A stretch of DNA of 64,000 bases from Coriobacteriales bacterium. Its GTDB lineage: Bacteria > Actinomycetota > Coriobacteriia > Coriobacteriales > UBA8131. The notes beneath the pieces were generated by a model that made no database searches, was not told the DNA's origin, and saw only the letters and a program-made list of their open reading frames with translations. The DNA lies in assembly GCA_031256715.1 (NCBI GenBank), contig JAIRQA010000040.1, positions 16,736 through 80,735 of the forward strand. The letters are read 5' to 3'. The translations under genes were made by a program, and so were the position numbers. This document shows, in pieces, positions 21,407 through 30,353 of the stretch (position 1 is its first letter; each line of letters starts with the position of its first letter).

Positions 21407-22087
21407 ATGCAAATTATAATTAATGGTGGAGGCAAAATTGGCGAGCAACTTGCAACGCAGCTTACTGCAAGTGGGCATCAGGTTGCGATTATAGAAACCA
21501 ACAAAAAGAAGATCGAGCGATTGGCAAGCAAATTACCGCATCATGTGCTAATGATACTTGGCGATGGTTGCGACTCTATATATCAGGCAGACGCCGGAGC
21601 TGGACATGCTGATATCTTTGTTGCCACAACAGGTGCCGACGATGTAAATTTAGTTTCTTGCGAGATTGCATCATTGGTACACAATGTTCCACGCACAATC
21701 GCACGTGTTAACAACCCCAAAAACGAGCGCATTTTTAGACGCATGGGCATAGAGGCAGTATCTTCTACAACCATAATCTCGCGACTAATAGAGATGGAAG
21801 CAAATCAGGGTGCAGTTCATGCCATATTATCGCTTTCTCAGGGCGATCTTGTTGTAACTGAAGTACCTATTCCGCGCACAATGGTGGGTGGAAAACAGGT
21901 AGGCAAGCGCGTCGCCGACATCGCCAGTGCGCTGCCAAAAGATAGTTTGTTGGTAGCCGTTGGCGAGGGATCCAGCATGGAGCTAGTGAATGGCGATACG
22001 GTGTTGCATCCAGGCGATGTTGTGCTAACCGTAAGCAAGCCAGGCCTTCAAGAGCAGATTCGGGATGCATTTAATAGCCTTTGGTGA
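21407..22087 (+). CDS. TrkA-family K+ uptake protein (second subunit)
   Basis: MQIIINGGGKIGEQLA Rossmann start and a TrkA-C region (...GDTVLHPGDVVLTV). ATG 21407 is preferred over the track start 21374. Confidence 0.85.
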   Translation: MQIIINGGGKIGEQLATQLTASGHQVAIIETNKKKIERLASKLPHHVLMILGDGCDSIYQADAGAGHADIFVATTGADDVNLVSCEIASLVHNVPRTIARVNNPKNERIFRRMGIEAVSSTTIISRLIEMEANQGAVHAILSLSQGDLVVTEVPIPRTMVGGKQVGKRVADIASALPKDSLLVAVGEGSSMELVNGDTVLHPGDVVLTVSKPGLQEQIRDAFNSLW

Positions 22088-22283
22088 CAAGTGCTAGGCG
22101 ACGTGTGTTGGCAAGCGAGCTACAGGTGACAAGTGTTAGGCGACGTGACATTGGCAATGTTGGTTAGGTAACGCGCCATTGGTGATGTGTGTTTGCGAAC
22201 TTCAGTTAAACGTGGTGCTCACGAAGTGCAATGCAAAGCGAAATAGATGCGTTAAACAATCAGCAACCCACACTCTTTTGTTG

Positions 22284-22292
22284 TGGTAGAAT
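22284..22292 (+). promoter_or_regulatory. extended -10 element (TGgTAGAAT) upstream of tRNA-Gly
   Basis: TGGTAGAAT lies 14 nt before the tRNA 5' end. No strong -35. Confidence 0.35.
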
Positions 22293-22305
22293 ATATTGCT
22301 CACTA

Positions 22306-22380
22306 GCGGGTGTCGCCAAGTGGTAAGGCCCAAGCTTCCCAAGCTTGTACTCGCCGGTTCGAATCCGGTCACCCGCTCCA
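22306..22380 (+). tRNA. tRNA-Gly (anticodon CCC), CCA encoded
   Basis: Manual cloverleaf: acceptor GCGGGTG/CACCCGC, anticodon stem CAAGC/GCTTG with loop TTCCCAA, T arm GCCGG-TTCGAAT-CCGGT, discriminator T, then CCA. Confidence 0.9.
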
Positions 22381-22775
22381 GGTACGCTAGGTAGCTCATT
22401 GAGCTACCTAGCGTATCTGCACTTGGGCGAAAGAACTTGAAGCCTGGCAAGGGTTTAAGCGTTAAAAAATCAGCCAGTGGCTCCTTTGTAGCGAGGTTTG
22501 CGAACGTGAGATAGGAAAGAGAGCTGTTATCTTGCCGCACATCATCTCTCTTCAGATGTGTCAGCGCGATTGCGTGTTCAGATGTGTTAGTATGTATTTA
22601 ATTTGTGGGACACTCTCCCGAACATCGGATTTGCCAAGAGTAATCTACACTGAAAGCTGCAAAACGCAAGAGCGAGCAGTGAGGAGTAAAAAAACGAGAG
22701 CTTACTTACATACAAGAGTTTAGAGGGCAAGTAGTTGGTAGCTATCGCAATGTAATTTTTTTAGAGAAATGAGTC

Positions 22776-23264
22776 ATGCGCAAAATAGCGTTCGTAAATA
22801 ACGGTACGGAAATCAAAAAGGTGATGATTTATGATAGCGGCAACGGCGTGTACCTTTTTGGCTATACAACAATGCTCGACTGCAACTGCATCTGGGATGA
22901 ATGGTATGAGAATTTGTCCGACGCCGAAGCACGCTGCTCTGAGGACTTTGGCCTATCCCCAGAGGAATTCATTGCAATCGCCGACCCGTTGGATTGGTGC
23001 AATCATGATTACATTATGCCAGTTAAGATAAAGGGCAGAGAGTTAAGAAAGCCGGAATTTGATAAATGGGAGATTTTGCGTGATGGCAAGTGGCAGCCTT
23101 TTTTACCTCCGTATGATGAAACGCAGGATATATGTGCCATGACTGTTAATGAGCGGCTTAACATGGCGGGATTGTTAGAGGAGTTTAAGCAGGCAAAACA
23201 CACCGATAAAGCAAAGGCAAGAAAGATTCTGTCCGCTGTTAATAAGGGTGCAAAAGATTTTTGA
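22776..23264 (+). CDS. hypothetical protein (162 aa), first gene of the island
   Basis: Clean ORF with normal composition (W/D/E/C-rich, immunity-protein-like feel). No family recognised. Confidence 0.5.
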   Translation: MRKIAFVNNGTEIKKVMIYDSGNGVYLFGYTTMLDCNCIWDEWYENLSDAEARCSEDFGLSPEEFIAIADPLDWCNHDYIMPVKIKGRELRKPEFDKWEILRDGKWQPFLPPYDETQDICAMTVNERLNMAGLLEEFKQAKHTDKAKARKILSAVNKGAKDF

Positions 23265-23488
23265 GCCGCTTATCTGCGCACTTCAGTTCACTGGAATGTT
23301 GCGCCCACTTGGGTTCGATCCCAGGGACATGCGATAACAAAAGACCTCCTGTCATGGAAGTTCAGATCATTGCGATGTGGTGGTTGGGAACGGCTACAAG
23401 AAGAGGCTTCGTAAATAGGCTACCCATAGAAGATATAATTCGCACGCTTTTTTATTACAAATGCAGTTTGAAAGGACTCAATTTAGCA

Positions 23489-24402
23489 TGAGCAGAGTTT
23501 TCTACAACAGATTAGTGGAAGGTCAGACCGTCTCTGCTATCATCCATAATGGCAGTTACTTTTTTCAGCACATGGCAGTCTACGAGGATGGCTCCGTTAG
23601 TTGTTGGAAGCGAGTAGGGCTAGACGAGCTTCCTGAGCAGCTAAACAAAGGATGGCTTGTGACAGAAGTGCCCACTGGCGAAAATCTTAATGTTCACGGA
23701 TTAGGAGATTTTAAAATCATTGCGGCTGAATGGATGCATACACCGGAAAGTTATGTCGCGCATATTTGCGACTGCGTAAAGCAGATGAACCCAGACATGG
23801 AGGGCTTGTACAAAGAAACACGTCCGCAAAGTCAGCGCTGGGAAAAAAACCGCGTAAGTTGGAGCGCATCGCCTACTCCCTATAAGATTGCCGAAAGCTT
23901 TGGATACGACATCAGCAAAGGGGAATCAACAAGTCTTTTTTATAGATGTGGAGAAAAACTGCGGTTAACGCAGCTCACTGCATTTCCAGATAAGACAATC
24001 GCCATTGACTCACTTCCCGGGCAATGGTTTTCTCTACATGAAATTTATAAGATGTTTGAAACAGGTGAGCTAACGAGCAGCTTTGAAGGAAAGGGCAATA
24101 TCTTGTTAGGCGAACTTGGCGCAATAACGGCTGTGCGCGAGTGTGGAACATCAAACGATGACAAGCTTATGGAAATCGTAGATTTGCTTGCAAAGACCAG
24201 TGACGAGCCTACATCACATGATCGCTGTAAAAATGCATACTATGAATACTTAAGATGGCCAACTGAGGAATGCCGTAAGCGGTTACAAGCAGCATATGAG
24301 GCAGTTCCGGAGCACGAGCGAAGATATCTAGGCGACATGGACAGCAAGGATTGGGACTACAGAAGAATCATTTATCACCCAGAAAATAAACGGGAAGTAT
24401 GA
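23489..24402 (+). CDS. hypothetical protein (about 304 aa)
   Basis: Long ORF with ordinary composition; ATG 23489 or 23461. No family recognised. Confidence 0.5.
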
Positions 24403-24434
24403 AAGATTGGCAAATATTCATAATCTGCTTGTAC

Positions 24435-24581
24435 GTTACTGTCCTAAGCCCTATCTCAGGTTATCCCGAGGCGAGTGAAGCGAGAGCTTAAAGGTTCTAG
24501 CTCGCCAGACTGATGTGTCAGAGCCTTAAGCATTGTCGCCACGGCAATCTTAGGATGACGCAGGAGGGTGTGGACAGTAAC
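24435..24581 (+). mobile_element. 147-bp MITE-like element, copy B
   Basis: Ends GTTACTGTCC... and ...GGACAGTAAC. The interior (GAGCTTAAAGGTTCTAG...CGCCACGGCAATCTTAGGATGACGCAG) matches the reverse complement of copy A with few mismatches. Confidence 0.75.
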
Positions 24582-24730
24582 CCGCAAAACGAAAACGCAA
24601 TAGTGACATATGGGAGCATTTGACAGTAAATGACGGCAAATGCTACAATTACAATTTCTATAAAACGTGTAGACAAAAAGAAAATCTCTTAGTGGGAACA
24701 AAAAGTTAACCAGCAACAGAAAGGTGAATC

Positions 24731-24997
24731 ATGAGCACAGTAACAGTTCGTATGGATGCAGACATGAAGCGAGAAGCAGAGAGGATTGTTGGCAGCTTTG
24801 GCATCAATTTGCCTACGGCATTACGCATGTTTACAGCAGAAATCGTGCGCACAAAGTCTGTTCCAGTAAAGCTAGAGCGCGAGACTTCCTCCTATTTTGG
24901 ACTTACCGGAGAGGCATACCATGAGTTTTTGTTAGATGCGAAGAGAAGAATCGACGCCGGAGAACGAGGCACCGTGCATGAATTGATAGAGGTGTGA
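24731..24997 (+). CDS. RelB/DinJ-family type II antitoxin
   Basis: MSTVTVRMDADMKREAERIVGSFGINLPTALRMFTAEIV... is a ribbon-helix-helix DinJ-like N-terminus. Its stop lies 1 nt before the toxin ATG. Confidence 0.8.
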   Translation: MSTVTVRMDADMKREAERIVGSFGINLPTALRMFTAEIVRTKSVPVKLERETSSYFGLTGEAYHEFLLDAKRRIDAGERGTVHELIEV

Positions 24998-24998
24998 A

Positions 24999-25256
24999 AT
25001 GCCAATTACCTTTGACAATCCCGCATGGGTACAATACACCGAATGGCAAGAGCTTGACAAGAAAACCCTTAGGAAAATCAATAAGCTCCTGAAGTCTATA
25101 CAGCGCGATGGCATTAATACGATTGGAAAAGTCGAGCGTCTTAAAGGTGACCTCTCTGGATTTTATTCTGCTAGGATTGACGAAAAGAACCGTCTGGTCT
25201 TCTATGTTGTTGGTGATGATATCGTCATCGTTTCTTGCTCGGGGCATTACGAATAA
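24999..25256 (+). CDS. yoeB: YoeB/Txe-family type II toxin (mRNA interferase)
   Basis: 85 aa; W..Y..WQE.DKK....IN.L...I.R......GK.E.LK..LSGF.S.RI...+RLVY......I.I..C..HY pattern as in E. coli YoeB. Confidence 0.85.
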   Translation: MPITFDNPAWVQYTEWQELDKKTLRKINKLLKSIQRDGINTIGKVERLKGDLSGFYSARIDEKNRLVFYVVGDDIVIVSCSGHYE

Positions 25257-25257
25257 A

Positions 25258-25862
25258 AAAGGGCTGGCAGAGGCTGAAAGCGAACGTGTTGCCTTAAAGC
25301 TCGGCTTCACTTCTCCACAAAATATTGAACTTTATATTTATGACAGCCAAAGCGCGATGCAGATTAAAAAGTATGGCTTGATAGTACCAATTTTGAAGTT
25401 GTTTGAGAATTTTAACTGGTATATTGGGGACAATATTGGTACGATGTGATTTTAACCTCTCCTGCCAATCCAGGCAACGCTCATGACTATGAGTCTGTTA
25501 AAGGGGCTGGGGTTCACGAGATGGTTCACGCTTATAATTCTCTACTTAATTTGAGGATGCCTTTGTGGGTAACTGAGGGTATGGCGCTGTATTTGACAGG
25601 GCAGAAGCCACGTGAAGATCTATATTCTACATACTATTTTGTTCCTAGCATCGAACAAACTCATACAGGCAGTCCAATAGAGTTTGCCGATATAGGCGGC
25701 TACGATTTTGCCTATACATATATTGAATATCTGAACAGTGTGTTTGGTTGGGAGAAAGTTCTGGTTTTTGCCAAGTCTAACGATTTTGTAAGCGCGTTTG
25801 GCAAAGACGAGGTTAATGTCTATGACGGCTGGATTGCATTTTTAAAAGAGAATTACAGCTAG
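25258..25862 (+). pseudogene. HExxH gluzincin-like peptidase remnant, N-terminally truncated and frameshifted near 25445
   Basis: Frame 1 reads ...ALKLGFTSPQNIELYIYDSQSAMQ...WYIGDNIGTM* and continues in frame 3 as ILTSPANPG...GVHEMVHAYN...WVTEGMALYL. No start codon after the yoeB stop. Confidence 0.5.
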
Positions 25863-26095
25863 GCCTGTGGTGATATATAGCAAAGCATGAGTGTAGAGAA
25901 GACCAGTACCAACCTAACACAGCTTCTTCAGCTATCCAGCTTCCTAATGTCTCAAAGTACACAGAAAAAGACCAACACAAGGCAGACATTGCCACCAAGT
26001 TCATTGGTCGCGGTTCTAAATATTCATCTACAGAGGCTTACAGAAAAGCATTCGGCGAGCTTGCAAATAGTGGTGTATACACAGAAGATGACATT

Positions 26096-26935
26096 GTGTT
26101 CATATCAGCTGAGGGTAACAGACCCGGAAGGTTAGACCCTGATTGGAAAGAGATTGATAAAGCAATAGAGGCGCGTGCCAAAATAGTTGTAGACAACGAA
26201 GCTAATAGAAATCGGAGTTACAATTTAGGCGAGCGGCAGGTTCGCGAATATCTTTCTGATAACGGCTACTATGTCGAAGAAGAAAATGATAAGTATGCTG
26301 TGTATGTTCGCTACAGCCATGAAACACCTAACACGGCTACTTCTAAGGCTCCAGAAGTGACCGCACCAAGAATTGGTGAGCAGGCAAAGAGTGTTTATGA
26401 TAGTGCCGTAAAATATGACAAACTCGTTACTCCAATGCTTAAAGATATGCAGGAAAGAGGCGTTGAGCTTATTGGCTTGGAGTATAGGATAAAAGGCCTA
26501 GATAGGCTGGTTGAGAAGCTCCAGCAAGACAAGGATAGCCCAATCAAAGATGCACTTAGATATACATATATGCTTAATGAAGATGGATTCGGTGAACACG
26601 TGGCTGCAATTATTACCAAATTACAAGATAGCGGGCTTGAGTGTGTTAGAATCAGAAACACATTTAATGACGTAAAGAACTATCGTGGCGTTAACACACT
26701 CTTCAAGTTAGAAGACGGTTTCATTTTTGAACTTCAATTCCACACACAAGCTAGCTTTGATGCAAAGCAAAAGGCTCATGAACTTTACGAAGAATTGCGA
26801 GTAAGCAATGACGCAAACAAGATAAGGAAACTAGGCGATCAGATGGGCGAAATTTTTGCATCTATACCAATGCCTGAATATGTAGACTTGATTATAAGTT
26901 ATGACAATTTATATGCTGATGAGAATAAGGAGTAG
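26096..26935 (+). CDS. RelA/SpoT-like nucleotide pyrophosphokinase-domain protein (toxSAS-like). The frame is open upstream to 25874 but without ATG/GTG/TTG.
   Basis: YRIKGLDRLVEKL, IKDALRYTYM, NYRGVNTLF and FELQFHT line up with the small-alarmone-synthetase motifs RVKS..S..EK, D..G.R, GY.S.H and EIQIRT. The upstream in-frame segment ADIATKFIGRGSKYSSTEAYRKAFGELANSGVYTEDDIVFISAEGNRPGR looks like a separate N-terminal module. Confidence 0.6.
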   Translation: MFISAEGNRPGRLDPDWKEIDKAIEARAKIVVDNEANRNRSYNLGERQVREYLSDNGYYVEEENDKYAVYVRYSHETPNTATSKAPEVTAPRIGEQAKSVYDSAVKYDKLVTPMLKDMQERGVELIGLEYRIKGLDRLVEKLQQDKDSPIKDALRYTYMLNEDGFGEHVAAIITKLQDSGLECVRIRNTFNDVKNYRGVNTLFKLEDGFIFELQFHTQASFDAKQKAHELYEELRVSNDANKIRKLGDQMGEIFASIPMPEYVDLIISYDNLYADENKE

Positions 26936-26937
26936 CC

Positions 26938-27180
26938 ATGAAATATTATGTGCGCAAAAATGCTAGAAAGTTCAATGGGATACCAATCAGTATTGTAGTT
27001 AAGGCTGTAGGATACCGTAAGTTCCCAGCAAGAGCGTGGATATTAGAATCCAGAGATTTTACATCTGATATCCCACCATATGATGATGTATGGTACGATC
27101 TTGTTGAGGTCAGCGAAGAAGAGGCCCTTCGTATCGCAAAAAATACAGACGAATATAGAGCATATACAGAGGGATTATAG
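26938..27180 (+). CDS. small protein (80 aa), candidate cognate antitoxin or immunity partner of the RelA/SpoT-like gene
   Basis: ATG 2 nt after the upstream stop (tight coupling). No family recognised. Confidence 0.45.
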   Translation: MKYYVRKNARKFNGIPISIVVKAVGYRKFPARAWILESRDFTSDIPPYDDVWYDLVEVSEEEALRIAKNTDEYRAYTEGL

Positions 27181-27182
27181 CA

Positions 27183-28337
27183 ATGGTTAGAGCAGATACA
27201 TCAAGAACCCCCGATACCTCTGGTAGCGATGCTGCCAGAGCTGCTGAAGCGGCAGCTGCTAGTGCTGCTGCTAGTAGTGCCACCCAAGCAGCTCCACAGC
27301 CAAAATTTAGAATCGAGACTCCCGAAGAAAAAGCAGCAAGTTTTGCAGCAGCTAAGGAAAAAGCTGCTAAAGAACGAGCAAGAAAAGAAGCTGAAAAGGC
27401 AAGAAAAGAAGCAGAAAAAGAAAAGGCTACTCCAAAGCGTCCAGATTCTATAGGTGAAAAACAGTCTCAGATTAGCCCCTTTGACATCATGAGGCAAATG
27501 GGCTATGACCCATACGCACACCTTACAAGAAACCAACCCACCTTCACAAGATACAGCGAGAACCCGCAAATTCGCTCAATGCTTGAACCTGAGCAAACAC
27601 CTTCCACTGAAGCAAACGCTAACGAGGTTACCCAAGAAGCACCTAAGCAAAAGCCAGCAACAAGACCCAGCGATGTCATGTATCGCAGTGACACAAGGCG
27701 AGCAGGCACGCCTAATAATGCTGATGTACACAGTGGAAACTATAACCAAGCAGATGATTTTCTTTCTAATAAGATAGAAACACCAGAAGTATCTGTAATG
27801 AAACTTGATAAGGCTCGTGCTTTAATAGACAAAGATAAGCCAGATGGTTTATACGATCTTATTGCTCTTGAAACTATAAACTTCGCTACTGGCTATCAGG
27901 TTACACCTGATCTTACCTTTGACAATCCTACTTATAGGTGGAGCGATGAGGAATACGCATGTTGTGTCAATATATTTAGAGACCTTGGAGATGGAATAGC
28001 TTATGCAGGCAAGTTTGCTGGTGAGCCTGAAATTAGCCTACTTGTAGAAGATAGGGCGCTTGCTATAGAACTTGGAAGAAAATACAATCAACAGTCTGTG
28101 CTAGACTGGGCTACATTAAATGAAGGGATGACAAATACAGAAAACTACATTAAGGTTTGCGAAACGCTTGGAGCTGAAGAAGGCGAAAAAATCCTTGCAA
28201 CATTTACAGAAAATGATATACATGATTTAATTACATATCTAATTGGAGATAACAGACCTACTTTAATTAAGGCAGCAGTTTGCAATGGAATAAGAGAAGA
28301 TGTAGAAAAGGCTAGAAACCGCCATGGCCAACATTAA
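27183..28337 (+). CDS. hypothetical protein with an A/K/E-rich N-terminal half and a globular C-terminal domain (phage or conjugative polyvalent-protein-like)
   Basis: 384-aa ORF whose ATG lies 2 nt after the previous stop. Domain not identified. Confidence 0.5.
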   Translation: MVRADTSRTPDTSGSDAARAAEAAAASAAASSATQAAPQPKFRIETPEEKAASFAAAKEKAAKERARKEAEKARKEAEKEKATPKRPDSIGEKQSQISPFDIMRQMGYDPYAHLTRNQPTFTRYSENPQIRSMLEPEQTPSTEANANEVTQEAPKQKPATRPSDVMYRSDTRRAGTPNNADVHSGNYNQADDFLSNKIETPEVSVMKLDKARALIDKDKPDGLYDLIALETINFATGYQVTPDLTFDNPTYRWSDEEYACCVNIFRDLGDGIAYAGKFAGEPEISLLVEDRALAIELGRKYNQQSVLDWATLNEGMTNTENYIKVCETLGAEEGEKILATFTENDIHDLITYLIGDNRPTLIKAAVCNGIREDVEKARNRHGQH

Positions 28338-28363
28338 CCCGCTATCCAAAGAGGAACAAAACA

Positions 28364-28435
28364 ATGGTTAAAGCAGAAACATCAAGAACCACCGAAGGCG
28401 ACAGTCGTGATGTGTTCTTGCGGCGCTCTGAATGA
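28364..28435 (+). pseudogene. 12-codon remnant of a paralog of the 27183 gene, cut off by the left repeat of the AbiE cassette
   Basis: ATGGTTAAAGCAGAAACATCAAGAACC (MVKAETSRT) versus ATGGTTAGAGCAGATACATCAAGAACC (MVRADTSRT) at 27183, with a similar RBS context. Homology ends where the repeat begins at 28398. Confidence 0.6.
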
Positions 28436-28543
28436 TTTTGCGGGCGGACACACGGGCGAACGCAGTTCGCCCCTACGAAGTGCGGTTTCGGCAACCCGAC
28501 TTGCAAAACACGGGCGAACGCAGTTCGCCCCTACGAAGTGCGC
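28398..28543 (+). repeat. left copy of the roughly 150-bp direct repeat bracketing the AbiE module (contains two GGGCGAAC-N4-GTTCGCCC hairpins)
   Basis: GCGACAGTCGTGATGTGTTCTTG...GCTCTGAATGATTTT...CACGGGCGAACGCAGTTCGCCCCTACGAAGTGCG, with the hairpin module repeated once. Confidence 0.85.
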
Positions 28544-28673
28544 TTGTCCTGTCTGGCGGACAAGAAGGCTTGAACATCTGGCAGACAGCATTTCCTTGTG
28601 CAACATGCACTAGTGCTACTGCTAGGCGCTTAGACAGTTGCGCTTATGATTTGCAATGGTAAAAAAATAGCTC

Positions 28674-28702
28674 TTGACTTTATTGTTCGTATAAATTAAG
28701 AT
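28674..28702 (+). promoter_or_regulatory. promoter of the abiE operon (TTGACT-17 nt-TAAGAT) overlapped by an inverted repeat
   Basis: TTGACT 28674-28679 and TAAGAT 28697-28702. TTCGTATAAAT...ATTTACGAA is an imperfect palindrome across the -10, consistent with AbiEi autoregulation. Confidence 0.5.
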
Positions 28703-28723
28703 ATTTACGAACGAAAAGGACAA

Positions 28724-29332
28724 ATGGTGAATGTTGTGGAAACTAAAGATAAGATTGCTGACATCCTAAAAGCGAATAATGGAATCCTCAAAGCGTCTGA
28801 CGCAAGACTTGCCGGCATCTACAACAAAGAATTGCAAAGGATGACAGAGGCGGGCTTACTTGAGCGTATCAGTCGTGGGCTGTATATCTCTGCGTCAAAC
28901 ATACCAGACGATTATCTTTTGGCGCAGTATAAATGTGGCAAAGGCGTTTTTTCTCATGAAACGGCATTGTATTTCCACGGTCTATCTGACCGGACGCCGT
29001 TGGTGCTGATGATGACAATTCCAAGCGGATATAACACAAGGCTCTTAAAAGACAAAATCTCATATCGCTTCTTTTACTGTAAGTCTGATGTCTACTCACT
29101 TGGAATCACAACGCTGCTCTCGCCGCACGGAAATGCTTTGCGAGTTTATGATAGAGAGCGAACGTTGTGCGACTGCATCAAGAGGAAAGACAGCTTGGAT
29201 TCGGACTTGGTGCTTACGGCGGTCAAGCAGTATATGAGCGAGAGCGGGGCTGACCTCGCAAAGTTGCTCTCATGTGCAGAAATGCTAAAAATCCGTGACA
29301 CTTTAAGGCAATATATGGAGGTACTTGTTTGA
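28724..29332 (+). CDS. abiEi: type IV toxin-antitoxin AbiEi-family antitoxin (wHTH)
   Basis: N-terminal ...GILKASDARLAGIYNKELQRMTEAGLLERISRGLY wHTH, about 200 aa, overlapping the downstream NTase gene by 4 nt. Confidence 0.8.
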   Translation: MVNVVETKDKIADILKANNGILKASDARLAGIYNKELQRMTEAGLLERISRGLYISASNIPDDYLLAQYKCGKGVFSHETALYFHGLSDRTPLVLMMTIPSGYNTRLLKDKISYRFFYCKSDVYSLGITTLLSPHGNALRVYDRERTLCDCIKRKDSLDSDLVLTAVKQYMSESGADLAKLLSCAEMLKIRDTLRQYMEVLV

Positions 29333-30180
29333 TGGAGAATAATAAATTCCCAATAGATAATCCGCGTAGGCTCAAAGACTGGGTAAACAATATGGCAAAG
29401 AAAAATAATCTTGTTGCCAACACCGTTTTGCAAAACTACATGATGGAACGATTCTTGGAGCGCGTGTCAGTCTCGAAGTATCGCGACAATTTCATCCTGA
29501 AAGGTGGGTTTCTCATCGCTGCGATGGTGGGAATTGATATGCGAAGCACAATGGATATGGACACAACCATTAAAGGCATTCTAGTCAGCCAAAGCGAAAT
29601 TGAGAAAATCGTTTCGGAAATATTGGCTGCACCGATAAATGATAATGTGACGTTCGAGATTAAGTCTATCAAGCCGATACATGAGGCGGGCGGCTACGAG
29701 GACTTCAGGCTTGGCATAGTTGCTACGTTCTTTGCCATGCGCGTTGATTTGAAGTTAGACATCACCACCGGGGATATTGTCATTCCAAGGGAGGTGGACT
29801 ACTCTTTCAAGCTGATGTTCGAGGACAGGAGTATTCAGGTTAAGGCATACAACATTAATACGATACTTGCCGAGAAAATTGAATCTATACTTGCCCGAAA
29901 CGTTGCAAATACAAGAGCAAGGGATTACTATGACGTATATATTCTGCTGACTACCAGAAGAGGAGAGATTGACAGATGCGAATTGCTTAATGCCATCACC
30001 CTTAAAGCGGTAGAGCGTGGCACTCTCATCTATATTAAGCAGCATGTGAAATATCTGTCGGACATCAGGGAGAGTCGCGACCTACTCGCGTTGTGGAATG
30101 CTTATAGAGATAAGTATCCATACGCAGAAGGCATCGAGTTTTCGTCCATTGTAGATTCTTTGGTACGGCTATTTGAATGA
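29329..30180 (+). CDS. abiEii: AbiEii/AbiGii-family nucleotidyltransferase toxin
   Basis: FLERVSVSKYRDNFILKGGF...MRSTMDMD motif pattern of DUF1814/AbiEii NTases. ATGA overlap with abiEi. Confidence 0.8.
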   Translation: MMENNKFPIDNPRRLKDWVNNMAKKNNLVANTVLQNYMMERFLERVSVSKYRDNFILKGGFLIAAMVGIDMRSTMDMDTTIKGILVSQSEIEKIVSEILAAPINDNVTFEIKSIKPIHEAGGYEDFRLGIVATFFAMRVDLKLDITTGDIVIPREVDYSFKLMFEDRSIQVKAYNINTILAEKIESILARNVANTRARDYYDVYILLTTRRGEIDRCELLNAITLKAVERGTLIYIKQHVKYLSDIRESRDLLALWNAYRDKYPYAEGIEFSSIVDSLVRLFE

Positions 30181-30353
30181 GAATTTCTTCTTGATAAAGC
30201 GGCGCATGATTATTTTTCGAGAGCAATAACAAAGCAATTTGATGTTCAGAATGAGTGAAGTGAATTTGATGATAGAGAAAATGGAACCCAGCTGAAAGGT
30301 TGAGCGCCGAAGAATATATGCGTCGAATTAAATTGTTTAAGCAACTCCCAAAA

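Noticed and set aside
22202-22540. 112-aa minus-strand ORF overlapping tRNA-Gly
   Set aside because: It overlaps a well-formed tRNA and its flanking hairpin, and there is no support for coding.
23281-23335. tRNA-like fragment (GGGTTCGATCCC) that could mark an att site for the island
   Set aside because: I could not build a T-arm with a 7-nt loop or any acceptor pairing. It is not identical to the 3' end of tRNA-Gly and is probably a chance match.
28382-28662. ORFs 28382-28606 (minus), 28407-28613 and 28432-28662 (plus), and 30065-30535 (minus), 30300-30512 (plus)
   Set aside because: They are translations of the hairpin-containing direct repeats flanking abiE (peptides such as GERSSPLRSA recur) and are not genes.
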